Below, piece by piece: positions 45,854-56,984 of a DNA stretch of 64,000 nt. The stretch spans positions 352,001 to 416,000 of the forward strand of contig CAWCNS010000006.1 of assembly GCA_963796965.1 (NCBI GenBank), given 5' to 3'. This DNA is from Calditrichia bacterium (GTDB lineage: Bacteria; Calditrichota; Calditrichia; JAJRVZ01). Both the position numbers and the translations under genes were made by a program. Numbering within the stretch: the first letter of the stretch is position 1; each line of letters begins with the position of its first letter. Below the pieces are notes generated by a model. That model was not told where the DNA came from and did no database searches. It was given only the letters and a program-made list of their open reading frames with translations.

Positions 45854-48800
45854 ATGAAAAAAGGTTTTATACAGTTGTTGATAATACTTTCAATTTTTTT
45901 CTTTACAGGTTCTTGGGGAAACCAGATTTTTGCCCAGTCAAACGAGGCGATGCAAACCCTGAATCTTCTTGCTTTTGGTGGGCTTGTGGAGCTAAAGTAT
46001 AAAATGGGGGGAGAGGAAGGTGGAGAAGCTGTTGATCTGGATGATACCAATTGGCAAGTAACATCTCCAGGATTTAAGTGGCCGCAGGCAAATACCAATG
46101 TATGGTTTCGAAGCGAGGTGACAATTCCAGAGAAAATAGGAGGTTTTTCTCTGGTGGAAAGACAAATGACCCTCTTTCTTTATATTGATAATGGGGGAGA
46201 AGTTTATGTAAATGGTAAGTTTCAGGGCGGTTTTGACTGGGGAACGGCAGAGTTTGTCATTTCAAATAACCTAAAACCAGGCGATAGATTTGTAATCGCC
46301 GTACGTGGTATTAATAGACCCGGATGGGGGAAAGTAAGTGAATATCGTATAGAATATAGCGGAATGGTTGAATTCCAGAAAAAATTGCAAGATAAAGTAT
46401 GGGGATTATTTATAGCCAAACATGTAGCTGAACAGTTAAGTGAAGATCCGGATCTATGGCTATCCCGTATAAATTCCGTTGCTGAAGCAATCGTTGAATC
46501 ACAGGCATTTTTAAATGGTGACGAAGAAAAACTCTTAAATGAGTTTGATGAAAAAGGAAAGATATTATTAGCGCTAAAAGAGGAAATACAAAATAAATAC
46601 GAGCTATTCTGTGCGGGGTATTCACATATTGATTTAGCATGGAAATGGCCCTGGGTAGAAACCGTGGAGGTTGTAAAAAATACGACCCAATCCGTATTTA
46701 ATATTATGGAAAGGTTTCCCGAGTTTAAATACAGTATGGGCCAAGCACATGCCTATGAATGGTTGGAGACCTACGAACCCAAGTTATTTGAAAAAGTAAG
46801 GGAGAAGGTTAAAGAGGGTAAGTGGGAAATTGTTGGTGGACAATGGTCGGAACCCGATGGCAATCTTCCCTCAGGAGAAAGTTTTGTTAGGCATTCGTTA
46901 TATGCCCAACGTTACTTTAGGCAAAAATTTGGAATACAGGCAAAAATTTGTTGGTTACCCGATAGTTTTGGTTTTAACTGGAATCTACCCCAAATACTCT
47001 CTCGCTCCGGATTAGATGCATTTATTACCACACGAGTGGATGTTAATGATACGCGAAACTTCCCCCATCGGTCATTTTGGTGGCAAGGTCCTGATGGTAG
47101 TAAAATTATGGTTTATATTCCCCGTGACGGCTATATGCATGACTTGAATGGTGAGCAGATGGTTGATTTTCTGACAGCCGAAAAAGAGGAACATAATAGT
47201 GGTAAAGAACTGATTCTTTATGGTGTTGGCAATCATGGTGGAGGACCCACGATGAAAATGCTTGAGAGAGGTTTACGTGCACAGAACGTTCCAGCCTACC
47301 CCAAGATAGAGCTGAGCACGTCACAGGATTACTTCAATGCCTTGTCTGCAGAAGAAAAATCAAAACTACCAACCTGGAACAGCGAACTTTACCTGGAACG
47401 TTTTCGGGGTTGTTTCACCTCTCAGGCAAAAACAAAAAAACATAACCGTGAATGCCAAGTGCAGATAAAAAATGCAGAAAAACTAGCCGCTTTGGCATCA
47501 TTATATGGATATATATATCCCCAAAAAAAAATATTTGATGTTTGGCGATCCATATTGTTCAATCAATTTCACGATGTACTGCCAGGTACATCGATTAATG
47601 CTGTATACCATGATACGGAGCAGGATTATGCGGAAGCGAAAAAAGTGATAGCTGTTATTAGGAAAAGGTCTTTAGCGTTTTTGATGGAAAGGATTGATAC
47701 ACAGGGCAGTGGAGAAGCATTGATTGTATTTAATCCACTTTCTTGGCCACGCACCAGCCCTGTTAGTATTGATCTGGACGATTTGGAAATGAAAAAGGAA
47801 TGGTCCGTTATGGACGAAAAAGGGGTGAATATTCCTGTTCAAAAAATAGAAAGTTCTTCTGTAAATGCAAAACTCCTATTTATGGCAAAGGATATCCCAC
47901 CTTACGGATATGCTGTATACCGGTTAATTGACCAAAGATCAACTTCTCAATCAGAAAACCTTAAATCTGACCCAGGAAATCTGGAAAACAAATTTCTTCG
48001 TGTTGGGATTGATGAAAAGTCAGGTTTAATGAATGAGATATATGACAAAATAGAAAACAAAGATGTTCTCATCAATGCGCAAGGAAATATGCTCCAGATT
48101 TTAGAGGACAAGGCACAGGATGCATGGAATATGAGATTTGGCCTGGAACCTCCTTTTGCTCTCGATAAAGCAAAAGAAGTTTCATTAGTGGAATCTGGTC
48201 CTGTCCGGGCAACCATAAAGGTCGTACATGCATATGCCGGGGAGAAAAAGCAAAAACCAACCGAAGATTTTCCAAGTTCGTTCTTTACACAATACATTTC
48301 CCTTTATGAAGAGCTCCCTTATGTCGAGGTAAGGAACGAGGTTCGTTGGTGGGAAGAGCACAAGGTTTTAAAGGTTGCCTTCCCTGTAAATATTATTTCT
48401 CAAAATGCGCGTTATGAAATTCCTTATGGAAGCATAGAACGATCAACGGGATTTGAGACAGCCTTTGAAAAAGCACGTTATGAGGTCCCGGCGCAGCGTT
48501 GGGCTGACTTATCTGATGGACAAAATGGGGTCGCGATTATAAATGATTCAAAACATGGATATGATATTAAAAAGAATATGATGCGGTTAACCCTTTTAAG
48601 AGCACCGACAAATCCGGATCCCCTTGCAGATAAAGGTTATCACAAATTTAAATATGCCGTGTACCCACATACAGGTAATTATGAAAAGGGCCGTGTTTTT
48701 CAAAGAGGGTTAGAGTTTAATGAACCTTTGATTGTTATGAGAGGGAGGCCGCACCAGGGCGTATTAGAAAAACAGCATTCTTTTATAAATATCTCTCCTC

Positions 48801-49036
48801 AAACTGTAATTCTCAATGCCTTAAAAAAGGCAGAGGATGATGAGGACTTGGTTGTAAGGATATTTGAAACTGCTGGTCGGGAAGATGATGTTCATCTTTC
48901 ATTTGACCGGTTAGTAAAGTCTGTTCAGGAAATTAATTTGATTGAAGACAAAATTGTAGATTTGAATTATGACAAAAACAATTTTAATTTTAAAATCTAT
49001 CCCTATGAAATACGCTCATTCAAAATCAGTTTATAA
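45854..49036 (+). CDS. Secreted alpha-mannosidase (GH38)
   Basis: SHIDLAWKW, WLPDSFG (nucleophile), YGVGNHGGGP, ELYLE, QFHDVLPGTSI and LTLLRAP motifs. Confidence 0.93.
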   Translation: MKKGFIQLLIILSIFFFTGSWGNQIFAQSNEAMQTLNLLAFGGLVELKYKMGGEEGGEAVDLDDTNWQVTSPGFKWPQANTNVWFRSEVTIPEKIGGFSLVERQMTLFLYIDNGGEVYVNGKFQGGFDWGTAEFVISNNLKPGDRFVIAVRGINRPGWGKVSEYRIEYSGMVEFQKKLQDKVWGLFIAKHVAEQLSEDPDLWLSRINSVAEAIVESQAFLNGDEEKLLNEFDEKGKILLALKEEIQNKYELFCAGYSHIDLAWKWPWVETVEVVKNTTQSVFNIMERFPEFKYSMGQAHAYEWLETYEPKLFEKVREKVKEGKWEIVGGQWSEPDGNLPSGESFVRHSLYAQRYFRQKFGIQAKICWLPDSFGFNWNLPQILSRSGLDAFITTRVDVNDTRNFPHRSFWWQGPDGSKIMVYIPRDGYMHDLNGEQMVDFLTAEKEEHNSGKELILYGVGNHGGGPTMKMLERGLRAQNVPAYPKIELSTSQDYFNALSAEEKSKLPTWNSELYLERFRGCFTSQAKTKKHNRECQVQIKNAEKLAALASLYGYIYPQKKIFDVWRSILFNQFHDVLPGTSINAVYHDTEQDYAEAKKVIAVIRKRSLAFLMERIDTQGSGEALIVFNPLSWPRTSPVSIDLDDLEMKKEWSVMDEKGVNIPVQKIESSSVNAKLLFMAKDIPPYGYAVYRLIDQRSTSQSENLKSDPGNLENKFLRVGIDEKSGLMNEIYDKIENKDVLINAQGNMLQILEDKAQDAWNMRFGLEPPFALDKAKEVSLVESGPVRATIKVVHAYAGEKKQKPTEDFPSSFFTQYISLYEELPYVEVRNEVRWWEEHKVLKVAFPVNIISQNARYEIPYGSIERSTGFETAFEKARYEVPAQRWADLSDGQNGVAIINDSKHGYDIKKNMMRLTLLRAPTNPDPLADKGYHKFKYAVYPHTGNYEKGRVFQRGLEFNEPLIVMRGRPHQGVLEKQHSFINISPQTVILNALKKAEDDEDLVVRIFETAGREDDVHLSFDRLVKSVQEINLIEDKIVDLNYDKNNFNFKIYPYEIRSFKISL

Positions 49037-49124
49037 TGTGATTATACCACACCTTGTGGGGAGAAGAGGTGATTCTTAAAAGTTGGGTCTGTTTTTCAGT
49101 TAAAATGTGCCCCTTGTATTTCGC

Positions 49125-49158
49125 TTGATTGATACCGTAAAATTAATTAAATTATAAT
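49125..49158 (+). promoter_or_regulatory. Candidate sigma-70 promoter about 365 bp upstream of glgA
   Basis: TTGATT-17-TAAATT and an overlapping TTGATA-18-TATAAT. Confidence 0.4.
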
Positions 49159-49522
49159 GTTATCCAATTATATGGTTTTCAGGTCATAAATGAATTTTCC
49201 TGACAACCGGATATGTCATGTAGCCTGAAATCAAAGATAACCGGGTATTTATCAGAAAAAAATGATCGTAACTTATCATTTAGATATTTTCTTAAATCTC
49301 TCCATGGGAGAGTTTTTTAAGATTAAACGAAAAATTTCTTCCATGGCATTTCCTAACCGGATTCTTCAATCTATATAATTCCCCCCAAGGTGCATTGAGT
49401 AAATACATGATTAAAATGATCATTTATACAAATTTATTATCTGGGTTTAATGTAGATAGATTTTTCCCGCAATGGGCTACCACGAGTATTTTGGGCAGAC
49501 CAGTAAAATTTTTGGAGAGAAT

Positions 49523-51001
49523 ATGAATCAGCATAAAGTTTGGTATCTTTCATCGGAAGTATCTCCCTTTGCAAAGACAGGTGGATTGGGAGATGTCGCG
49601 GGGGCTTTTCCAAAAGCTCTGAAGATGCAAAATCAGGAAATCCGCGTCATTATGCCCAAATACAAATCAATTAATGAAAGAAAATATATTCTGCGTGAAG
49701 TTATAAGATTGAAAGATATACCAGTAACAATAAATAATGTAACCAGAACAATTAATGTTAAATCAGCCTTTCTTCCGGACAGTAAGGTTCAAATATACTT
49801 TGTAGAAATTCCTGAACTCTTTTCCCGCTCAGGTATATACAGTGATACAAGTTCCGGTAAGGATTTTCCAGACAATGCAGAAAGATTTGCCTATTTTTGC
49901 AAGGGAGCCCTGGAAACTCTTAAAATTTTATCCTGGCGACCAGATGTTATTCACTGCAATGATTGGCAAACAGCATTAGTTCCATATTATTTAAACTCAA
50001 TCTACAAAGAAGATGAGTTTCTTCAGGGAATCAAAACTGTTTTTACCATACATAATTTTTCATACCAGGGTGTATTTAAAAAGAATACGGCACCATTGAT
50101 TGAAGTGGATCAAAAAGAAGTAGAAGAAGGCGGAAGCTTTGAGCACAATGGCCAATTAAATCTTATAAAAGGTGCAATTAAATATTCAGACTGGATAACG
50201 ACAGTTTCTAAAAGTTATGCCGCTGAAATAAGTGGTAAGAGTGAATTTGGCTATGGCCTTGAAAAAGATTTAAAATCCCGCTCAGAAGTTTTCACGGGGG
50301 TATTGAATGGTGTGGATTATAGTGTATGGTCACCAGAGAGTGACAAATTATTGCCATTTAAGTATTCAGAGGAAGATATTTCCGGAAAGGAACAAAACAA
50401 ACAGGCTCTCCTGGCCAGAGTAAATTTGAAATATGAAGAAGGGCGCCCCGTAATTGGTATGATTTCACGCATTGTTGAACAAAAAGGGTATGCCTTACTG
50501 CTTGATGCGATGCAACAATTAACGGATCTTAATATTCAGATAATAATTCTGGGGACCGGAGACAAAAAAATAGAAAAACAGATTCTGGCCTTTCAGAAAA
50601 AAAATCCAGATAAAATAAGTCTCAATCAGGCATTTGATGAAACATTGGCCCATATGATTGAAGCGGGATCAGATTTTTTCCTTATGCCCTCTGTTTATGA
50701 ACCCTGCGGCATGAATCAAATGTATAGTTTAAAATATGGTACTCTTCCAATTGTTTTTAATGTTGGTGGTTTAGCTGAAACAATTTCAGAATATAATGCT
50801 GAAGACATGTCCGGGAACGGTTTCATCTTTGACAAATATAATGTAAAAGATCTGATTAAGACCGTAAAAAGGGCTTTAAAGGTTTTCAAAAAGAAGGATC
50901 AATGGCAAGCCCTACAATTAATGGCCATGAAGGAGGACTTCTCCTGGAATAAATCTGCAGAGGAATATTTAAATATTTACAATACGATACTGGATGAATA
51001 A
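49523..51001 (+). CDS. glgA: Glycogen synthase (GT5)
   Basis: KTGGLGDV, HCNDWQT, TIHN..YQG and PSVYEPCGMNQ motifs; ATG at 49523 after GGAGAG. Confidence 0.95.
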   Translation: MNQHKVWYLSSEVSPFAKTGGLGDVAGAFPKALKMQNQEIRVIMPKYKSINERKYILREVIRLKDIPVTINNVTRTINVKSAFLPDSKVQIYFVEIPELFSRSGIYSDTSSGKDFPDNAERFAYFCKGALETLKILSWRPDVIHCNDWQTALVPYYLNSIYKEDEFLQGIKTVFTIHNFSYQGVFKKNTAPLIEVDQKEVEEGGSFEHNGQLNLIKGAIKYSDWITTVSKSYAAEISGKSEFGYGLEKDLKSRSEVFTGVLNGVDYSVWSPESDKLLPFKYSEEDISGKEQNKQALLARVNLKYEEGRPVIGMISRIVEQKGYALLLDAMQQLTDLNIQIIILGTGDKKIEKQILAFQKKNPDKISLNQAFDETLAHMIEAGSDFFLMPSVYEPCGMNQMYSLKYGTLPIVFNVGGLAETISEYNAEDMSGNGFIFDKYNVKDLIKTVKRALKVFKKKDQWQALQLMAMKEDFSWNKSAEEYLNIYNTILDE

Positions 51002-51148
51002 TCGCCATTTTTAAGACAATTCCTCAAAAGTTCAACCACAATTTTAAGCCTGTTGTTTGTCAACATTTATCTTGACTTACCTCTGTTTCCAGTCTATTAA
51101 GTGAACAAATCAATCAAATTCCAGTAAAATTATATATGATGAGCTGAT

Positions 51149-51301
51149 ATGAATAGAGGCGTCGCATTTTTAGACAGGGATGGTACGATCAATGAAGAAA
51201 GAGAATATATAAATCAGCGGTTGTTTATACCAGACATCTTAGGTGAAAATCTTTTGGACATAGCAACCCAGATAGAAATAAGATCAATTACGGGAACCTG
51301 A
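51149..51301 (+). pseudogene. gmhB: Internally deleted remnant of a GmhB-like HAD phosphatase (50 aa, not in the ORF track)
   Basis: Manual translation MNRGVAFLDRDGTINEEREYINQRLFIPDILGENLLDIATQIEIRSITGT: HAD motif I (FLDRDGTIN) fused to a C-terminal-like PD..GENLLD segment. Confidence 0.7.
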
Positions 51302-51402
51302 TGTGAAAGAGGATTCATTTTTGCATGCAGTGATAAGAATTAAGTCGGGAGAAAAATGAATTAAACTATTGTTTTCACGGGAACTGTCTTGCGTTTAATG
51401 CG

Positions 51403-51431
51403 TTGACATAGAAAATATATTTAATTAAATT
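51403..51431 (+). promoter_or_regulatory. Sigma-70-type promoter
   Basis: TTGACA, 17-bp spacer, TAAATT. Confidence 0.55.
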
Positions 51432-51465
51432 CGAAGTCCTTTTGTCCATTTTTGAAGGTGAAATT

Positions 51466-52673
51466 TTGAGAAAAACCATCGTTTTGTTGATTATAGGAAT
51501 CATTACATCCTGGTCATGTGTTGAAGGTGATCCTTTGCACGATATTACCGGCGAACGCTTACAAAGTGGTAATATCTATCGCGACACACTTTATGCCGTA
51601 AGCAATACCTCTGTCATTGAAGGAAAAGTGTCCACGGCTTTATCAACAAAGTTATTGCTAGGTACTTATAAAGATTTTGAGACTCGAACCTTGATTCAGT
51701 TTGGTTCAATCCCGGATGACTCCATTCAGGTAGATTCACTTCGCTTGGTCTTAACGGCAGTTGATAACCAGGGAGAAGTACTTGGAACCCTTCAGGGTTC
51801 TGCTCACATGGTAACTAACTACTGGCCAGAGTCTGTCAATGAGGATGAAAATTGGGATTGGCAGAGTAATATCTCTTATGATCCTGAATATACATCTCAG
51901 TTTGAAGTTGGAGAAGAAACATCCACTTATCAGGTGCTTGATCTTCCTCCGGAATGATGGGCGTTTGGCAGGATACCGTAGGGGGAAACAAAAACTTTGG
52001 CTTTTTGCTTAACTATAGCAATGCCAGCTATATCAAACAATATAATTCTGTTGATGTGCTTTTTAGTGGACAGAGACCCAAACTGGTATATGTATGGTAT
52101 GACGAAACGGCCGATTCGACCCATCACGATACACTTTATGTCACAAAGGATGCCTCACTTATAGATTTTAACGGAACTTTTGATCCTGAAAAATTGTATG
52201 TGGCGTCCGGTTATTCCGTTCGTTCTTTTTTTGAATTCGATCTTTCCGGTATTCGGGAAACAGCCGCTATGGCTTCGATGAACTTTGTCGCGAAGCGTGA
52301 TACACTAAACTCTGTAAAAAATAATCTGAGTCAGGAAACGATGTATTATCGCACGGTAACAACACCCTTTGAGGATCTTCCTTCATATACCGTAGACTCG
52401 ACGTTTGTTATAAATCTCTACTATAATGTGAATGTGGTTGAAGGTTCCGAGAATATACGGGGAATTCAAACACTTGAACAGGGAACCAGTGCACAGAATT
52501 TTTTACAAAGCATTTTAAGTGGTGATATTGAGTATGGTTCATTTTTGCTTCATTATAAATATGAAGGAGAAGATATTTCTGTATATTCAATATACGATAA
52601 CAAAAGTCCGGTAATTGAGAATCGTCCTATTCTTATTGTAGAATACTATGATGTACCCCCAACAAGAATGTAG
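51466..52673 (+). CDS. Hypothetical lipoprotein (DUF4270-like); probably one gene split by a 1-bp deletion at about 51953
   Basis: TTG start after GAAGG, MRKTIVLLIIGIITSWSC lipobox-like. Two similar halves (LLLG..RTLIQF...RPKLVYVW and LYVASG..RSFFEF...RPILIVEY); the second ORF has no signal peptide. Confidence 0.6.
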
Positions 52674-52683
52674 AGAATAAAGA

Positions 52684-53901
52684 ATGAAATACTTAAAAAA
52701 AATATTCTTATTGATCATAATATTGCTGCCATCCCTAAGTCAGGCAGAAACCTCGGTCTTTGCCCTTGTCCCTAATTCCATTGGTGAGCATTATTATCCT
52801 TATTCGGTTGCAGCATTAGGAAGAGGTGGCTTTTCCATGGCTTTTGTGGATTCTATTAATTTGAACCAGATGAACTATGCTTTGTGGACACATATGCCAC
52901 GAACCACATTTAGTTTGAATTTTGGTTACCAGGGTCTGCAGTCAGAATCCGCAACCAATAAAATAAGTTCTGTTGACGGCAATTTTTTTGGTGGATTTCT
53001 TGCAATACCTTTAATTCCAAAAGTGGCAGCGATGGGATTTGGCATTCTTCCCAAAAGCATTAACAACCAGGGTTTTATTATTCGTGATGTGGGGATAGGT
53101 GCTCCGGCAGATCAAACGATAAAAGTAAAAGGGACATTAAGTGAGGTACAACTTGTTGGCTCTTTTGCATTTGGTCAAAATTTATCGATAGGTTTGTTTT
53201 TATATTATATTCTGGGTAAAATAAATGATCAGACGAGAGTTGATTATTCTGATCCTGCTTACCAGGATGTTGATGTTGAAAATCAGTATCAATTCTATGG
53301 TAAAGGACCCAGTGGAGGTATTAGCGCCTTTTTGCGTCTAACCCCGAGACTTTCAGTTGGTGCCCGGGTAAAATTCCCATCAGTTATGACGATGTATACA
53401 CAGCAGTTTTCGCGTTCAGCTGAGCAGAAGATTGAGCAATATCAGGATATTACTTTTCCCATAAACGCAACTATTGGGGCCAGTTGGGCGCCGCTGGAAC
53501 GCTGGGTAATAGGGGCTGATGTAGATTATATTAATTGGGAAGATGGCTATAAATTCAACGATATCCCAGTAAGAAGTATGAATAACAATTTTCGTATCGG
53601 TGCAGGTATCGAACACACGCCCTCAAAAAGGCGAATGGCTGCCTACGGAAATAAAATGAATTACAGGGCTGGTGTGTTTTATGGACAGTTGAATTTTTTG
53701 GCAAATGAAAATCCTGTAAATGAGTATGGTATATCTTTAGGATTAGGTTTACCAATAAAATCAGGAAGTAGTCGTATAGATGTTGCTGTACAGGTAGGAG
53801 AGCGGGGAGATATTGCTATAAATGGCTTGAGTGAAAAGTTTTTTCGACTTAACTTTTCAGTTTCTGCAAATGAGTTATGGTTCAGACCCGATGACAGGTA
53901 A
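52684..53901 (+). CDS. Outer-membrane beta-barrel protein (FadL/PorV-like superfamily)
   Basis: Signal peptide, AALGRGG N-terminal hatch-like motif, amphipathic strands, C-terminal ELWF. Confidence 0.7.
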   Translation: MKYLKKIFLLIIILLPSLSQAETSVFALVPNSIGEHYYPYSVAALGRGGFSMAFVDSINLNQMNYALWTHMPRTTFSLNFGYQGLQSESATNKISSVDGNFFGGFLAIPLIPKVAAMGFGILPKSINNQGFIIRDVGIGAPADQTIKVKGTLSEVQLVGSFAFGQNLSIGLFLYYILGKINDQTRVDYSDPAYQDVDVENQYQFYGKGPSGGISAFLRLTPRLSVGARVKFPSVMTMYTQQFSRSAEQKIEQYQDITFPINATIGASWAPLERWVIGADVDYINWEDGYKFNDIPVRSMNNNFRIGAGIEHTPSKRRMAAYGNKMNYRAGVFYGQLNFLANENPVNEYGISLGLGLPIKSGSSRIDVAVQVGERGDIAINGLSEKFFRLNFSVSANELWFRPDDR

Positions 53902-53924
53902 CAACTTTGGGAGGAGGGATTACA

Positions 53925-55206
53925 ATGAAAAAAGTGAATATTATGCATTTTATGGCTCTTATTGGTGTACTTCTTTTTAGTGTAAATATAGTTTTTGCGC
54001 AATTTGAAGATGATGATGTTTTTGGAGAGGAACAAACGGAAGTTGTCTGTGTACCAGAATCAATGTTAACCGCCTATGACAATATTGAATATGGCGAGGT
54101 TTCCCTGGATGATATCAGACAATCCTATAGTTTTGGCAGTGAATATTATAAAAACAAAAACTACAAGTCTGCTTTGCCTTATCTATGGAAAGTTTTTATT
54201 AATGATTCCACAAAATATGCCCGAAATGCTATCCGAAAAATAGCAGATTCCTACTTTAAACTTCAACAAGCGGACAGCACGTTTATTGCCTGTTACCGCG
54301 GACTGGAAAAATATCCGGACCATATTATTCTTCATTATTTTGCAGGATTTTTACAGGATAATCTTGGACACCCTGAATGCGCACTTGTGCATTATGAAGC
54401 ATTGGTAGCAGATAATCCGGAAAAAACCGAATACCTGGAAAAGCTTGCCTTTTTGTATTATAAAGAAGAAGATGAAAAAGCAATTGAGATTCAGGAAAAA
54501 CTGACAAAAATAGATCCTAAAAACAGTAAATATGCCAATACATTGGCTCAGTATATGGATCATTTTTATGGGCAGGGCGGGGGACTGGCGGCATATAAAC
54601 AAGCCTGGGAAAATGATCCGGAAAATATGGAGTTTGCATATAAATATGGAAAAGCAGCCTATGATGCCGGTGAATATAAGGCGACTTTGGTTCCTTTGAA
54701 ACAGGTCGTAGAAAAAGATCCTAAAAATAATGATGCACATAAATTTATTGCTATGGCTGATGAAAGTTTAGAGAACTATAGCCATGCGATTATAGAATAC
54801 AAAAAGATTCTGGAAACAGACCAAGAAAATGCGGATATTATGGTTGCGATTGCCATTGATTATAGATATCTCAATCAATTCCAAAATGCGATGTATTGGG
54901 TAAACAAAGCGTTATCCGCTAAATCTGGATATGGACTTGCCTATATCGCCAAGGCTGAAATATATGAAGCAGCGGTCCCATACTGTCAGGATAAGGGAAA
55001 TCGTAAAAGAAAATATGATGATGGTCTGGTTTATGAAATGGCCCAACAGCAATATAAAAAGGCTATGAAAGACCCTAATTATAAGGCAGAGGCCAGACGT
55101 CGAATGAACAATTTAAAACCCTATCTTCCAACTGATGAAGAAAAGTTTATGAATCAGAATCGGAAAAAACTTAAAGGATTCTTGTTATACCAGCTGGATT
55201 AAATAG
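53925..55206 (+). CDS. Exported TPR-repeat protein; probable 1-bp insertion at about 55165-55177 altering the last residues
   Basis: Signal peptide and many TPRs. As given it stops at 55202; the alternative frame LKDSCYTSWIK* (stop at 55206) looks like the native end. Confidence 0.8.
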
Positions 55207-55217
55207 GGAATTAAACA

Positions 55218-55658
55218 TTGAAAATAGCCTTAGCATCTGACCATGCCGGGTTTCAATTAAAAGATTCCCTAAAAAGGTTTTTAGATAGTAAAGATTTATC
55301 CTACACAGATTTTGGCGTCTTCAATATGGATGAAGACGATTATCCTCAATATGCCTATAAAGCCTGTAATGCTATAATACAAGATCAATATGATCGTGGT
55401 GTTCTAATATGTGGCACAGGTATTGGTATGTGTATTACTGCAAATAAAGTTAAAGGTATTCGTGCAACACTTGGTTATGATATTGAATTGGCACAGCTAA
55501 GTCGTTTGCATAATGATGCCAATGTTATCTGTTTTGGGGGGCGGTATATTAAAGAGTCCCTTGCAATGGATATTCTTGATGTTTGGCTTAATACTTCTTT
55601 TGAAGGTGGTCGACATCAACGACGTGTTAAATTGATTAGTAATTTAACCGGTTTATAA
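55218..55658 (+). CDS. rpiB: Ribose 5-phosphate isomerase B
   Basis: [19 protein letters not shown] and FEGGRHQRR motifs. Confidence 0.96.
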   Translation: MKIALASDHAGFQLKDSLKRFLDSKDLSYTDFGVFNMDEDDYPQYAYKACNAIIQDQYDRGVLICGTGIGMCITANKVKGIRATLGYDIELAQLSRLHNDANVICFGGRYIKESLAMDILDVWLNTSFEGGRHQRRVKLISNLTGL

Positions 55659-55668
55659 AGAGGTAGAA

Positions 55669-56961
55669 ATGTTAGGGGAAGTAAAATTAAAAGATCCTGA
55701 AGTATATAAGGCAATTTGTGGAGAAATTGATCGCCAAGAAAACAAACTCGAACTTATTGCATCGGAGAATTTTGTAAGTAAAACTGTATTGGAAGCTGCT
55801 GGTTCTGTGCTTACAAATAAATATGCTGAAGGCTATCCGGCTAAGAGATATTATGGTGGTTGTGAATTTGTTGATATTGCAGAAGATCTTGCCCGTGACC
55901 GATTGAAAAAACTTTTTGATTGTGAATATGTAAATGTACAGCCTCATTCCGGTAGTCAAGCCAATATGGCGGTGTATTTTACTTATTTGAAACCTGGTGA
56001 TACGATTCTTGGAATGAATCTGGCCCATGGTGGTCATTTAACTCATGGGTCACATGTAAATTTTTCCGGAAAGATGTATAAGGTTATTCCATATGGTGTT
56101 CGACAGGATACCGGTAGAATTGATATGGACGAAGTGGCCAAACTGGCCGCAGAGCATAAGCCTAAAATGATTGTTGTTGGAGCCAGTGCTTATTCCAGAT
56201 TCTATGAATTTGACAAATTTCGAGAGATTGCCTCTAAACATGAAAGCATTTTATTTGCCGATGTTGCACATCCGGCTGGATTGATTGCCGCTGGCTTGCA
56301 CCCTAGCCCAATCCCCTATTGTGATATTGTTACTTCGACAACACATAAAACATTACGTGGTCCGCGTGGTGGCATTATAATGATTGGTAAAGATACCGAA
56401 AATAAAATGGGTATTGTGGCACCCAAATCGGGTCGCGTAAAGATGATGTCTGAAGTTGTTGATAGTAATGTTATGCCTGGTATACAGGGTGGTCCACTAA
56501 TGCATATTATTGCTGCAAAAGCGGTTGCTTTTGGCGAAGCTTTAAAGCCCTCATTTAAAGAATATGCGCAACAAATCATTAATAATGCACAAACTCTTAG
56601 TAAAGAACTGCTAAATTATGGTTATGATATTGTATCCGGAGGTACCGATAATCATGTGTTTCTTGTTGATTTGACCAATAAAGAAATTACCGGTAAAGAT
56701 GCAGAAAATGCTTTACACCGCGCGGGAATGACGGTTAATAAAAACATGGTACCATTTGATACAAAAAGTCCATTGGTTACAAGTGGTATACGTCTGGGAA
56801 CAGCAGCACTTACGACCAAAGGTATGAAAGAAAATGAGATGAAGACAATCGCCGTCTTTATTGATCGCATACTGAAAAAAATTGATTCTGAAGATGAGTC
56901 ACTATCTGTATTGAAAGAAGTAAAAGAATTAGCGGGCCAATTTCCGCTTTATGATTTTTAA
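55669..56961 (+). CDS. glyA: Serine hydroxymethyltransferase
   Basis: [22 protein letters not shown] and [12 protein letters not shown] motifs. Confidence 0.98.
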   Translation: MLGEVKLKDPEVYKAICGEIDRQENKLELIASENFVSKTVLEAAGSVLTNKYAEGYPAKRYYGGCEFVDIAEDLARDRLKKLFDCEYVNVQPHSGSQANMAVYFTYLKPGDTILGMNLAHGGHLTHGSHVNFSGKMYKVIPYGVRQDTGRIDMDEVAKLAAEHKPKMIVVGASAYSRFYEFDKFREIASKHESILFADVAHPAGLIAAGLHPSPIPYCDIVTSTTHKTLRGPRGGIIMIGKDTENKMGIVAPKSGRVKMMSEVVDSNVMPGIQGGPLMHIIAAKAVAFGEALKPSFKEYAQQIINNAQTLSKELLNYGYDIVSGGTDNHVFLVDLTNKEITGKDAENALHRAGMTVNKNMVPFDTKSPLVTSGIRLGTAALTTKGMKENEMKTIAVFIDRILKKIDSEDESLSVLKEVKELAGQFPLYDF

Positions 56962-56984
56962 AATCTTAAAAGTATATCCAGAAT

